A stretch of DNA of 64,000 bases from Narcine bancroftii (lineage: Eukaryota), in assembly GCF_036971445.1 (NCBI RefSeq), contig NC_091479.1, forward strand, positions 75,578,001-75,642,000, in the 5' to 3' direction. The notes beneath the pieces are model-generated. The model was not told the origin of the DNA, did no database searches, and was given only the letters and a program-made list of their open reading frames with translations. Position 1 is the first letter of the stretch, and each line of letters begins with the position of its first letter. Below, piece by piece: positions 53,065 to 64,000 of this stretch. The translations under genes were made by a program, and so were the position numbers.

Positions 53065-53325
53065 TACTAACCCATTTTGCTGTGTCATCTCTCTGTATAT
53101 TTGTCTAATTTGTCAGTTTTTTGTAGATTGTCAGCAGTCTGCTATCTCCATATCGCCACACTGCTCACAACTAGACAGAGGACGTGACTCAGAAAATGAA
53201 AGGTAAAGTTTTAATTACCTCTGGAACCCATCCAAACCCATGCATTTTCCATGAAATCCATGACAAGAGTAGCCCATCTTGCTTTTGCTGCATTTTGACA
53301 AAAGTTTTTCTTGCCTCACTGCATG
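53065..53325 (+). promoter_or_regulatory. Candidate splicing-regulatory motifs around the 76-nt exon
   Basis: TACTAAC at 53065-53071 (branch point or QKI type); five CCAT (YCAY) within 53228-53277; TGCATG at 53320-53325. Confidence 0.55.
53127..53202 (+). CDS. BICD1: BICD1 76-nt penultimate exon; frame A IVSSLLSPYRHTAHN* (stop 53172-53174), frame B DCQQSAISISPHCSQLDRGRDSENE-S
   Basis: Acceptor ttttttgtag, donor GTAAAG at 53203; frame A matches the recalled short-isoform end IVSSLLPPYRHSAHN and frame B the recalled long-isoform DCQQPAASVPPQCSQL. Confidence 0.9.
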
Positions 53326-53589
53326 TTGAGATTCACCTTTGAGGTTTCATTTCTCACAGCTTTCGTTTAACTTCAGGTCTTTACACTTCTGTCACAGTGC
53401 AATATACCATAGTGATTGAATTAATGCTCTTGTAATCCCTGTCAAGTTGTGCAATCCCACAGCTTCTTTCCCACCATTATGCACCCAGCAATCACTCTTT
53501 GTTGCATCTGTCCTTTTAAACCTTTCAACAGAAACATTTAATTTAACACTGTGACTGTGAATTGACTGGCAAGTTTGCCTATTACAGTA

Positions 53590-54142
53590 CAGTACCCCGT
53601 ATCCGAAACACTTGGAGCCAGAACATGGTTCGGTTTTTGGGGTTTTTTTTCCAGTTTTTGGAACAAAGCCCAAGAACAGCACAGTCGCATCAACAGAATA
53701 CTTGTATCAGCGGTTAAACATCAGCAGCAAAAAAATAACCAACTCCCGTGAAATACCCAAAAAAAATGGATCTCCGCCACCGGTCCCCGACACCTCCCAA
53801 CCGCTGCCGCCAGCTCCCGACTGTGGTCCCCGCTCCTGCCCAAGAGCCTGAGGCGACTTCTTCAATGCAGACTATGTTGAGAATGGAGCTGCCCTGCCAC
53901 TGACTCCGACTGCAGCCGACGCTGAAGACTTGGACCCAGCCGTTTGGCATCTTTCCGGCCAGAAGCAAAGATCTCTTTTTTAAAAAAAAACTGTTGTAAT
54001 CAAACTGGCGCCAACAGAGCATCAGAGCCCCACATGGGAAAGTCAGGTGTTGAATTTTTTTCCCACTTGTGACGACATGTCGGTGCTAAAAAATGTTCAG
54101 TTTTGGATCTTTTTGGTATTCGGATATGGGGAACTCGACCTG
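53590..54142. mobile_element. Tigger-like non-autonomous DNA transposon
   Basis: AGTACCCCGTATCCGAA pairs with TTCGGATATGGGGAACT; right end CCTG|TA; left TIR truncated; CpG-rich interior. Confidence 0.65.
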
Positions 54143-57100
54143 TATTTCTATAAAGGGTCAAAAATTGTCTTTGTAACTGTGAATGCTGTAACTTTATGCC
54201 ATGTTTGCAGTTCAACAATGACCAGCTGCAAATTGTGCAAACTTTTTAATCAATTTGCTTAGATTGCATCAAAAATAAAATGTGCATTTTTAGCAACCTT
54301 AAAATTAATAACCAAGAATATGGTCACATTTGTTGTTGTATTTACAAGTGCCAACTATCAAGTTTGCTCAACAAGATGAGCAAATGTTCTTTAAAATAGT
54401 AATTCTATCATTTTGTGTATTATCACATTATTGAAGGTAAATTAGAATCACAATTGTGGTGGCTGCTTTCCTATTATGTGTTTTGGCTAACGAGTTCAGC
54501 TCATTTTTATGATTGAACTGAAAACTGAAACCACGTTTATTTATTATTATGTTACCCTTTCAAAATCCGAGGTACACAAAAGAATATGTGTAATGTTGGA
54601 GATGTGTATCTTGTGCTTGGCAGTGCTGTGTAGGTGTGACAGCACTGGGTGGGAAGGATGTTGCTTAGATTGAGATTTTGGAGTTAATGATCACTTTGCT
54701 GGTTCTGAGATCTCTCTAATTGTGGAGGAAATGGTTGAGGGGCTAAACCTTTAGTTTTGCAGCACAGTGGTTGGGGTTCCAGAGATTCGTAGCACCATAG
54801 GACCTAGAGACTAGTACCTTTGGAAAAGAGATAAATGTGGCTATTGTGGTACTGCGCTAAATGAAAGAATCAAGAGCTCCACTTCAGCAACTGATCCGAG
54901 AGCCTTTATGTTGATGTTCTTTGAGCAATTGGCTTTTTAAGAAAGATACTATGTTCTGCACTTTACCTTACCCCTTCACCACCATGAGTTCAAAGCCACA
55001 AGTAGCCTTCTCGGTTAGGAGAGCAGCATACCCATGACAATTTACTAATTCCGTAGCTCTCTTATGCCATGTGGACCACATAGTATTGCATCACCAGCCT
55101 TGAGTGAAAATGTTCTTACATTTATTTCTAAGATATTGGAATCATTGTCAGGTACAACATTAAGCATTTATTTCTTATCTAGAACAACTCCAGTCTATTA
55201 AGTGAAGGTCCTCCACCAGCATTACTAACAGGATTTTGATCCACCAGTAACAACAGGATGAGGATTATATATCCAAGGCAGCATGAAATGTGACCAGGAG
55301 AGAACCTTCACTGCCCGTGTAAGGAGGTGGATGAACTCCATTGAGATTCAACTAACTGTAGCTCTTGTTCGCCTCTGAGAAAAAGAGACTAAGCTGACAG
55401 ATAAAGTACTGATTGCTTTTTGCTGGCTTGTTTTCAGTTTTTTGCATGTTCTTCCAGCTGCACCTATCCTGACTATTGGTAGAGAGGTTGAGAGGAGTCT
55501 GATTCAACCTTGTAGAACAGAGCACCGGACCATTCTACCCTAGCAGCCTCTATATTTAAATAGCTGTTTTTTTTAAATTTCTGCTCTCGCCCCCACCCCC
55601 CCCCCCCCCACCCCTACCCAATCACTCAGCCCGGGAAGTTAATGGTAGTGATAATGCCAGTGAATGTGGAGGAGGGGTGATAAGGATTGCACCTTTCATA
55701 CACTCAGGACATATGAATATTCTAAACAATCACAGGTCTGCTTTTAAGAAGTGGCCATGTTTTTCATCAGAGATGTTCTATTGTACATTTACTCTTTGCA
55801 ATGAATGTTATTTACTATTATCAGTCATAACCAACATTATCTACTGCTTGATTATCTGCAGAATTTGGAATGAAGATGTGTACCTTTAGTAAACAATCCC
55901 TCTTCTACCCCATGATAGAATGAAGAGTATAGATGAATCAGATAAAGATGGTTAAACCTAATTAACTTCTGAGTCAATATACGAAAGACTGGAGCAATAA
56001 ATGTTCCAAACCACAACCATCTTCCTTCATACACGGAATGAGAAAAATTCCATAATCAATTTCCATCTCTAAAATTAAACTAGGATTCCTTTGTGCCATA
56101 CTCGACAACTGCTGACTTGAGATCAAGCCAGGCACTCTTGCCTAGAATTAAAGTGTTATACCCACATTTGGAACCAAAGCTGAGGTTCTCACCTAGTTAT
56201 CATAGTAGAACCTAAACTAAGCATTGGTGAACAAGTGGTTCTCTTTGATTTCTGCTCATTAATCAATCCTTAATCTATGTCAATATATCACCATGTATTC
56301 CACATTCTGTCATATTGTTTTATATGGCACCTAATCAAAACCCTTTAGTAAGATTAAATACATTACAACTGTTGGTTTTGCTTTATTTTTCTGCTAGTTA
56401 CAACCTCTTAACAGATTTGTCAAACATTATACAGTATCCCATTCATAAATCCATATTGTTGCTGTGCAGTATTTTTCCAAGTGCTCCAGTACCACTTTTC
56501 ATTAATAGCTTCTACTAATAATAGAACTCTCCATAGTAACTGTATGAAATTGAACCAAACAATTTGGAATCTTAGAGATCCCCAAGGTAAAATTTGTGCC
56601 AGATGACTTGCTGTGACTTAGAACACCAATTCCACTGCCCGAATCTGACCACCATGAGCCCATCTTTTGGTGAAACATTCGTTCACACTTATGTTACCTT
56701 TTGAATTGACTCATACCTGCACTTGCAGGTGACTTTCCTCAGGGCATGTACTGGGAAGTTGAAGTCGTACAAAACTTTTCAGCCTATATTCTAACATCAC
56801 GACCCATTCGCTCAGTGGTTATTAACTTACATTTCCTTTGTTTAGCATTTAATTTTAAATTCGCATTCTTGTATGCAAACTCCACCTATCACCATGGTTT
56901 TCTAGTTTTACAAACCTTTGACATATTCACATTCTTTCAATTACAGGCTCTTGTATTTGCTTGAATAATTTTGTTCTATTATTGGTAGCTGTATCTTCAA
57001 CTGCCAGAGTACTGAGGTCTGAAATTTCTTTCCTCAAACTCTTTAAGATAATTCTTAAAACCTTTCCTTTGACTGAGCTTTTGGTCAATTTTTTGTTTGG

Positions 57101-58224
57101 TCTTTTTGTTTACCTGCATGTGGCTTAGCATCAAGTTTTTGTTTTCCAACTTTCCTATTAAGTATGGTATGAAGAACCGTTAAAATACTAAATAAATATA
57201 ATTTTTTTTGTATCTGTGGACAATTCCCATGATGGCGATCATTGGCTTCCACTAAAATGGGTTATTAATTCTGATATTTATTTACAGGTAAACTATAATT
57301 TTTCCAGTTATTTTATTTCTAAAGATTTGAACTCATCTCTTATAAAGATTTATTCCTTCATCATATTACTAAAAAGATTGTTGATGGCCCTGCATTAATT
57401 TCCCCCTTTTCCCACTAACTACCTTGAAACATTTCTTTACTTTCAAAATAAGGAGACATTTGAATGTGTGATGTTACTTGCAAGGCCTGTTTTTTGAAAT
57501 TTTTGTCATACTTAACATTTGTCAGTGAAAACTTTGTATTGCTGTTTGGGGATTGAAGGATTATCAATTGTGAAATTTTACTTTTAGCAGTAGACAGGAT
57601 GTTACACAGCTTTGTTGGTGCACATGATGTTTAAATGAGCTGTATTAGCTGAGAAGGCCACAGCATGGTGGTAGGGTTGCTACAATTGTCCTAAATCTTG
57701 CTCAACTGCGTGGCATTGGCCCAGGGCCAATAATCCTGTTGTCATATCAGAAGTGCTGGATCATAGATTTTATGAGGTCATGTCTTTAGTGTGAAGTGCA
57801 TTTCATTGTAATAGCTGGCGAAAGCACTAATTCTTTCAAACGCTGGCTTTTGTGCTAGAGAATAACCACTCTCTGAATCTGATCGTCTGAACCCCCGAAT
57901 GAGTCGACAGAGATTGAAGGAGATCAGATTGAGGGTTTTCTTTACATCTTGCTTGATTTCTCTTTACACTGAAGGAAGTAGTAAATGGAACAGTGAATCT
58001 GATATCTTTCAGCTTCTTGCAAGGTAGATTAGGTTAAAATTGCACAAAGTATCTTCAGGAAGGAGTGGGAAAAATTGGAAATGAAGGATGTTAAGGTAAA
58101 AATAATTTGCAGTTAATGACTAATGAGTTCTTTCACCTGTTTGTGTAATATCTGTATTTCCAATAATGTTGTTTTGCTTTGCCAGGTGCATATATTTCTT
58201 ACGGCTTTTTTTTTAACTTTGCAG

Positions 58225-58315
58225 TCCTAATATAGCTCTCCAGGAAGAGCAACCACATTCCAGATCAAAATGTGTCCCTCTCAGATGTCTTTCTAAGACT
58301 CCTCCCCACTCCTAG
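58225..58315 (+). CDS. BICD1: BICD1 last exon, coding part in frame B (S-PNIALQEEQPHSRSKCVPLRCLSKTPPHS*)
   Basis: Acceptor ttttaactttgcag; phase 2 fits the previous exon in frame B; matches recalled human SPDTALPEEQPHSSSQCAPLHCLSKPPHP*. Confidence 0.85.
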
Positions 58316-61300
58316 TCATGCCACAAGGATGTTATCCACTGGAACAGAAGCAGGATTCCTCTGGCACTCATGCATTGCCAGAAAAGCCAAAAGGCCCTCC
58401 TATGTTGCTTCACTGATGAATCCCAATTCCTATTGACGGTGGGAACAAAGAAGAGAATGTTAACTAACATGAAATATGAAGCATTGAGTGTTTGTCTGGA
58501 AAACATCTTTGCTGTTTGTTTTCCCCCTTCTCCATCTCTTATTTTGAAGTGTAAAGGCTATAACTAACATTTATGAAAGAGAATAACATATAGTTGCTTG
58601 GTTTTTATTGCCCTCTGAAACATAGACATCAGAAAAAGGGAGGAGAAGAACACTGATATAATTAATTTGCAAATGATGCATATCGGCCTTTCAGCGTCTA
58701 AGATGAGACACAGGAATTGATTTTGACGTGTGTTTCAGTAATTTTGGTAGCATGAGGCAATGCATTTATTTCGTAAGATTGTCCAAACCGATGTTTCAGT
58801 ATATTGTGCACTTACATGTTTGTTTTTTTTTAATTTATTGGATGATCTTTGGTGGGAAATTATTACTATTTGGAAATGATGTTGTGATTGTCTAAAGAAA
58901 AGTATTTTGACATGACTAGCATTCCGAAACAATACTGTAACTATGGGGGAAAAAAAGTGGGCCATCATGGTGGTCTGTGGCAATTGTGGCTACTGTGAAC
59001 ATCAGTTCCTCTTAACTATTTGCATTTCTGATGATGGAGAGTTGCTACTGCATTTTTATTTATCCATTTGTCCTTCTATTTAACTTAAAAATGGATGCAT
59101 TTTGATTTGTATTTTCATAAAACAGAGTATTTATTTGATATTTGGGATAGGGAGCTAACAAACAGAGATTACTTGATCGGTCATGTTTTTCTTAAAAGGT
59201 TGCTACTAATATTATTGAATAGCTTTTTTTTTGTTTCCGGATCACAGTATTATTATTTGGTGCTTCTGTTGATCAAAAGTCAGTTTATTAATGCTAGGAC
59301 ACTATATTCGAGGATAACTGACTAAATAGGCAGTAACCATTTTTCTATATTATGTGCAAGGGCTTAGATCATTTATCTGTAAGTATGATGTCTTAAGTGT
59401 GACAAATTTTACATCTTGTTAGATAAAAGTATCCAAGAGCTCCCATAATTTTTGAAATGTCAGAATTAATGATTTTATCACCATGGATCAGTATTAATAG
59501 TTTGTGAAGTTCTCTGTCTAAGCAGACCAATAGACCAGATGAACAAAGATGTGAAGGGCATTGTCAGTACAGTTATTAGAGAAGTAATGATGGGAATTGT
59601 ATTGATTATTCTCTTTGTCTCTCAAAATGAATATTCCTTTAACTTGTATATCAGAATCTCATGAAACCCAGGGTTTTCTGCCAGAGATATTTACATTATT
59701 GTTTTCACAAAGGTGAAGCTGGCAAAATACTTTTTCAGTTTTTTTCTGTTTGGCTTATTTCACTCATGGCATAATTCATGCACTGTTGTGTTACTCTTCA
59801 ATTTTAATTAATTTGTAAATTCAAATTTAGTTTCAGTAGTTGACCAACTACCTGTATTAGTAGATGCTCTTTTGATTTGTACCTGTTCATAAAACAATAT
59901 GCAATATGCAAATGGTAAACACTATGTGTGTGTGTGTGTGTGATACCATGTTTAATTGTTCATTTTCATTAACAAAATCCTGGGAACATCATGTGTCCAC
60001 ACCAGTGGTAATGACTATTTTCCACTCATGCCATGCAAAATATTTGTTCTGCTAGTTAATCTTTTTGTGATGTGAAAAGATCTCGAGTAAAATAGTCTCA
60101 GTACTGCCATCATAAGGCAATGGAATGCATCATACCCAACTGTTAAAGATTAACAGAAAAATAAATGCAATCAATTAACAGAAGGGAGCCATCTTGATGG
60201 AAGATTTGGAAAAACTTATATCTTAATTTAGTGGGCAAATTTAATGAAAGAACAACGTGAAAGTATTTGTTATTGGACCTTGATGTCATTTTGCTGAAAA
60301 TACTAAACAGTTTTTGGCACAAAAGGACTTGCCAAATTATACTTTCTGAAATATTACTAGCTTTATATATTAATATGTTACATAGAGTCTCTCCCTAGGA
60401 TATAGATGCCAAACTTATGGAGTCCCCTCCATAAGTGAATGAGCTCCTGTAATATTAAATTCAAGAAGTCCAATGTACCTACATACTTTCATCCCCACGA
60501 ACAGCAGAATTAGTTTCTTCGGTCTGTCCACTTTTAGCCTTGTGCATTTTTGATGCCATTTATGACAATCGGTTGGTGATGAGCTGGTTACCCTATCGCG
60601 TGATTTTTGTGCGTTCGCTGACTAATGGACAAAATCAACTTGTGGGCGTCTGTAAGAATGAAACCTGTTTTGTGGCTAAAGTAAGAATTTTAAAAAAAGT
60701 TGTTTAAAACAAACGTTAATAAAATGGGCCTTAGAGAAGGCCTGCTTAGGTCCTTGTTAGTTACATCTCTGATCTCTGAGGTCAGGGTGAAAGTTAGCCC
60801 ACTTATGTATACTTTAGCAACATCAATATAATCAGATTAATTATGAAATAAATTTTCAGCAATTAATTGACATGTCCACTAAATTTTGAGCACACCTCAG
60901 ATCGGTAGAGTGTAATGTTTAGGACTATTTCAGCTGGGCAAAGTGGGTATTCCATGTTGTTGCAAATGAAGATCCATGTTGTTACACCAGTTTTGAAAAG
61001 AACATACATTATGTTGCATTCAGTTTGTAAATATTTGCAAATATTAATAAACTCAACCGTTTCTGCTGATTACATGCAGTTATCTACATTGAACAGATAA
61101 TTAAGAAAATGCCATAATTACTGATTAGCTCTCCTTGCATTCCAATTTGTTCACTAAATTAATCAAAATTGCTCTCAGCAACACCTTGTTTCTGATTCGT
61201 ATGTGAATGATGATGAAATCTCTATTGGTGCTGTCATTGTTAAGGTATTGTTGAAAGGATGTCCTTGGTTAGTGTAGACTGCTAGCAATTGGTGTTGAAC

Positions 61301-61600
61301 AAATTTCAAAGTCTGAACAGAATTGCAAATTACTGTATATTGCTGTGATGTAAAAATCAAGCTGAATTCAATTGAACTAAAAATTGTACACAAAATCTAT
61401 ATTTATTGTTAAGTTACTTCATGTGTATTTTTGTATTTCCAACAAAATATATTAGTGAGATATATTTTTCATGGTATCCAGCTGGAATGTTCAATATTTT
61501 TGAAAAAGCAGCTGGATGTGGCAAAGGATAAAAATGCTTTAAACTCCCCCCCCCCCCCCTCACCCTGTCATATATTATACAAAAAGATTAAAAATTGCAG
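58316..61600 (+). other. BICD1: Probable BICD1 3' UTR (3' end uncertain)
   Basis: Follows the last stop; U-rich with no recognisable TE; AATAAA at 60160, 60718, 60847 and 61046. Confidence 0.55.
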
Positions 61601-61964
61601 TATTAATGTTCTATCACTTAATGTTACTGGCACATGAGGAAAACATTATGGTCTACACACTTCCCTCTTTAATGTAAGCCAGAGGAAAATGCATTTCCAT
61701 ATTGTTTTTTTAAAAAGCACACAAAAGGCATTTAAAGATAAAATATCATTACTGCACAGATATTATTTCCACTGTGACTCTTGAATTTGATAACATTGGA
61801 CTCATGAAAACTTGAATGTGAAAAATGAGATATGATTGACTTTAGAATCCTTGAGATAATGGATGTTTGCATGTTGTTAGCTATTTTAGAGTCAGGGTTA
61901 GTTTTAGGAAAGATCTAAATTCTTGTCTTTGATGTGGATGCTTCTGTAAAAAACTTTATTTAGT

Positions 61965-64000
61965 GATCTGCCACCCTCCATCCACACCACCGTGCACCTC
62001 ACTCACCCTTTCCCAAACTAACTTCAGTCTCCGCGAGGCTGACACCTTGAATATCTCCGTTTCTGGATACCATAGGTTCATACCACCACCCCCCCCCCCC
62101 ACCACTCCTTACCCATCCCTATTCTCTCACATCTCTCTCTACTCAACCCCATCTCCTCCTTTGAGCTATCCCTTTCTTCTTCTACCTCCACCTTCTGACC
62201 TCCCTTACCTACCACCTCCACTCTATGACCTCCTCTACCTACCACCTCCACCCTCTGACCTCCCCTACCTGCCACTTCCACCCTCAGACAACCCCCACCC
62301 TCCACCACACAAACTCCCACTCTGGCCCCTGTTTGGTTTTTACCTCTGACCTTGACTCTCAGAGACAGAATGCTCTGTCCTCAGTAGAGGCTTCACCTTT
62401 GTACCCTTTCACCCACACCTCAATGAGTTCTGTGCACGCCACAAATCCAAACTCTTCTTCCATCATCGCTGTGTCCATATCCACTTCTTCCACAAACAGG
62501 ATTCTCCATCGTCCTCTAAAGACCTCTTCTCCCGCCTTAAGCCTTCCTCCTACTTTTGGTTACCTTGTCCTGGCAAGCTGCCTGATCTGGATCTTTATAT
62601 TTCCAATTGCCTCTGAGACACCAACTTCATCACTCCCATCTTAATCTCATTACACCCCCTCTGTACGCTCTGCCCACCTTTCTCTCTGCACAAACCCCAA
62701 CCTCACTATCAAACCCATTGACAAGGGTTGTGCTATTGTAGTCTGGCACATTGAGGTCTACCTTGCTAATGCCTTATGACAGCTCTCAGACACCTCCTAC
62801 TTACCTCTACCATAACACCCCTCCAAGTAACATCAAGCCACTGTCTCATGTACAATCTCCACCTCATCAACTCTGGTCATCTCCTGCCCAAGACCTCCAA
62901 CCTTATTGTTTCCCATCAGTACACTGTTCAGTTCTACCTCCAACCCCAGATACATAAACCCAATTATTCAGGTAGATCCAATGTTTGCACATGTTCCTGT
63001 CCCACTGAACTGGTATCATCTTACCATGACTCCCCTGGTCCATTCCCTCCCTGCCTTCATGCACGATACCTCACAAGCTCTCCATCTCATCAATAATTTT
63101 CAATTTCCTGAACTTGACCATCTCAATTCTCTACACCTCCATCCCCCATAGAGAAGATCTCAGTCGTTTGTTTCTTTCATAACAACAGACTGAACCAGCT
63201 CCCCTCCACCACCACATTCATCCACCTGGTAGAACTTGTTCTCACCCTCAATAAATTCTACTTTGAATCATCACACTTTCTCCAAGTCAAAGGAGTAGCC
63301 ATGGATACCTGCAAGGGTTCCAGCTCTGCCTACCTTTTTGTTGGTTTTGTGGAGCAATCCACTGCTGTAAGCCTGCACAGGCAAGGCCGCTCAGCTGTTC
63401 CTCCACTACATTGACAATATTGGTGCTGCCTCATACACCTATGAGGAACTCATCAACTTTATTTGCTTTGCTGCTAACTTTCACCCTGACCTCATATTCA
63501 TGTGGTCCAACTCCAGCAACACTCTCCCCTTTCTTGATCTCTCGGTCACCATCTCAGGAGACAAATTTTCTACAGACATTTTTCACAAACCTACAACTCT
63601 CACAACTACCTCGACCACTTCTTCACACCCAGTTCCATGTAAGGATTCTTTTCCTTTCTCTTAATTCCTCCATCTCCATTGCATTTTTTCCCAAGATGTG
63701 GTGGTCCTCCTTCAAAATTGTGGCTTCTCCTCTACCATCATCAACTCAGCCCTTATCCGCAGCTCCTCATTTCCCACACATCTGCTCTGGGTGCCCCTGC
63801 CCCAAGATGCAATAAAACAGGATTCCCCTTGTCCTCACCTACCACCCCACCAGCCTCCATATCCAACATATTATCCTTTGGAATTTCTGTCACCTACAGT
63901 GTGATCCCACCACCAGACACGTCTTCTCTTCTCCTCTCCTCTCTGTCTTCCATAGGGACTGCTCCCTCAGTGACTCCCTTCACCCTTAGTACCTTCCCCT
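61965..64000 (+). mobile_element. Degenerate Penelope-like retroelement (RT region), running off the window
   Basis: KPIDKGCAIVVW (DKG motif) near 62710, QVKGVAM near 63280, YIDN (YIDD) near 63405; abrupt switch to C-rich composition. Confidence 0.9.
62181..62290 (+). repeat. 30-bp tandem repeat, about 3.7 copies
   Basis: ACCACCTCCACCCTCTGACCTCCCCTACCT-like units at 62181, 62211, 62241 and 62271. Confidence 0.85.

Noticed and set aside
60570-60630. Box C/D-like GTGATGA...CTGA in the 3' UTR region
   Set aside because: Only about 45 nt, not intronic, and no evident guide sequence.

Overview
AT-rich vertebrate genomic DNA, not prokaryotic. The repeat content (V-SINE/HE1-type SINEs, CR1, Rex1-like, RTE and Penelope relics) suggests a cartilaginous fish, probably a ray; that is an inference. 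The window holds the 3' part of a + strand BICD1 (Bicaudal-D homolog 1) gene: coding exons at 9055-9492, 13285-14385, 26633-26784, 34743-34950, a 76-nt exon at 53127-53202 that appears readable in two frames, and a last exon from 58225 with a long TE-poor 3' UTR. The introns contain a full-length degenerate CsRn1-clade Gypsy element (15459-19836, - strand, GGTT TSD, tRNA-Trp PBS), a second truncated Gypsy inside a CR1, hAT and Tigger-like MITEs, and a 24 x 76-bp array with a 7-mer higher-order period (40567-42390). A Penelope element lies at the right end. The most unusual signals are (1) short inverted copies of nearby sequence, two of them from one LTR and apparently replacing target sequence, (2) a multi-way BICD1 C-terminal splicing system with a dual-frame exon and Nova/Rbfox/QKI-type motifs, and (3) hAT-like termini with a 7/8 TSD that bracket a segment resembling a mammalian BICD1 exon. 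I found no evidence for a new multi-gene system. Comparisons with human/mouse proteins and repeat families are from memory, not from searches.
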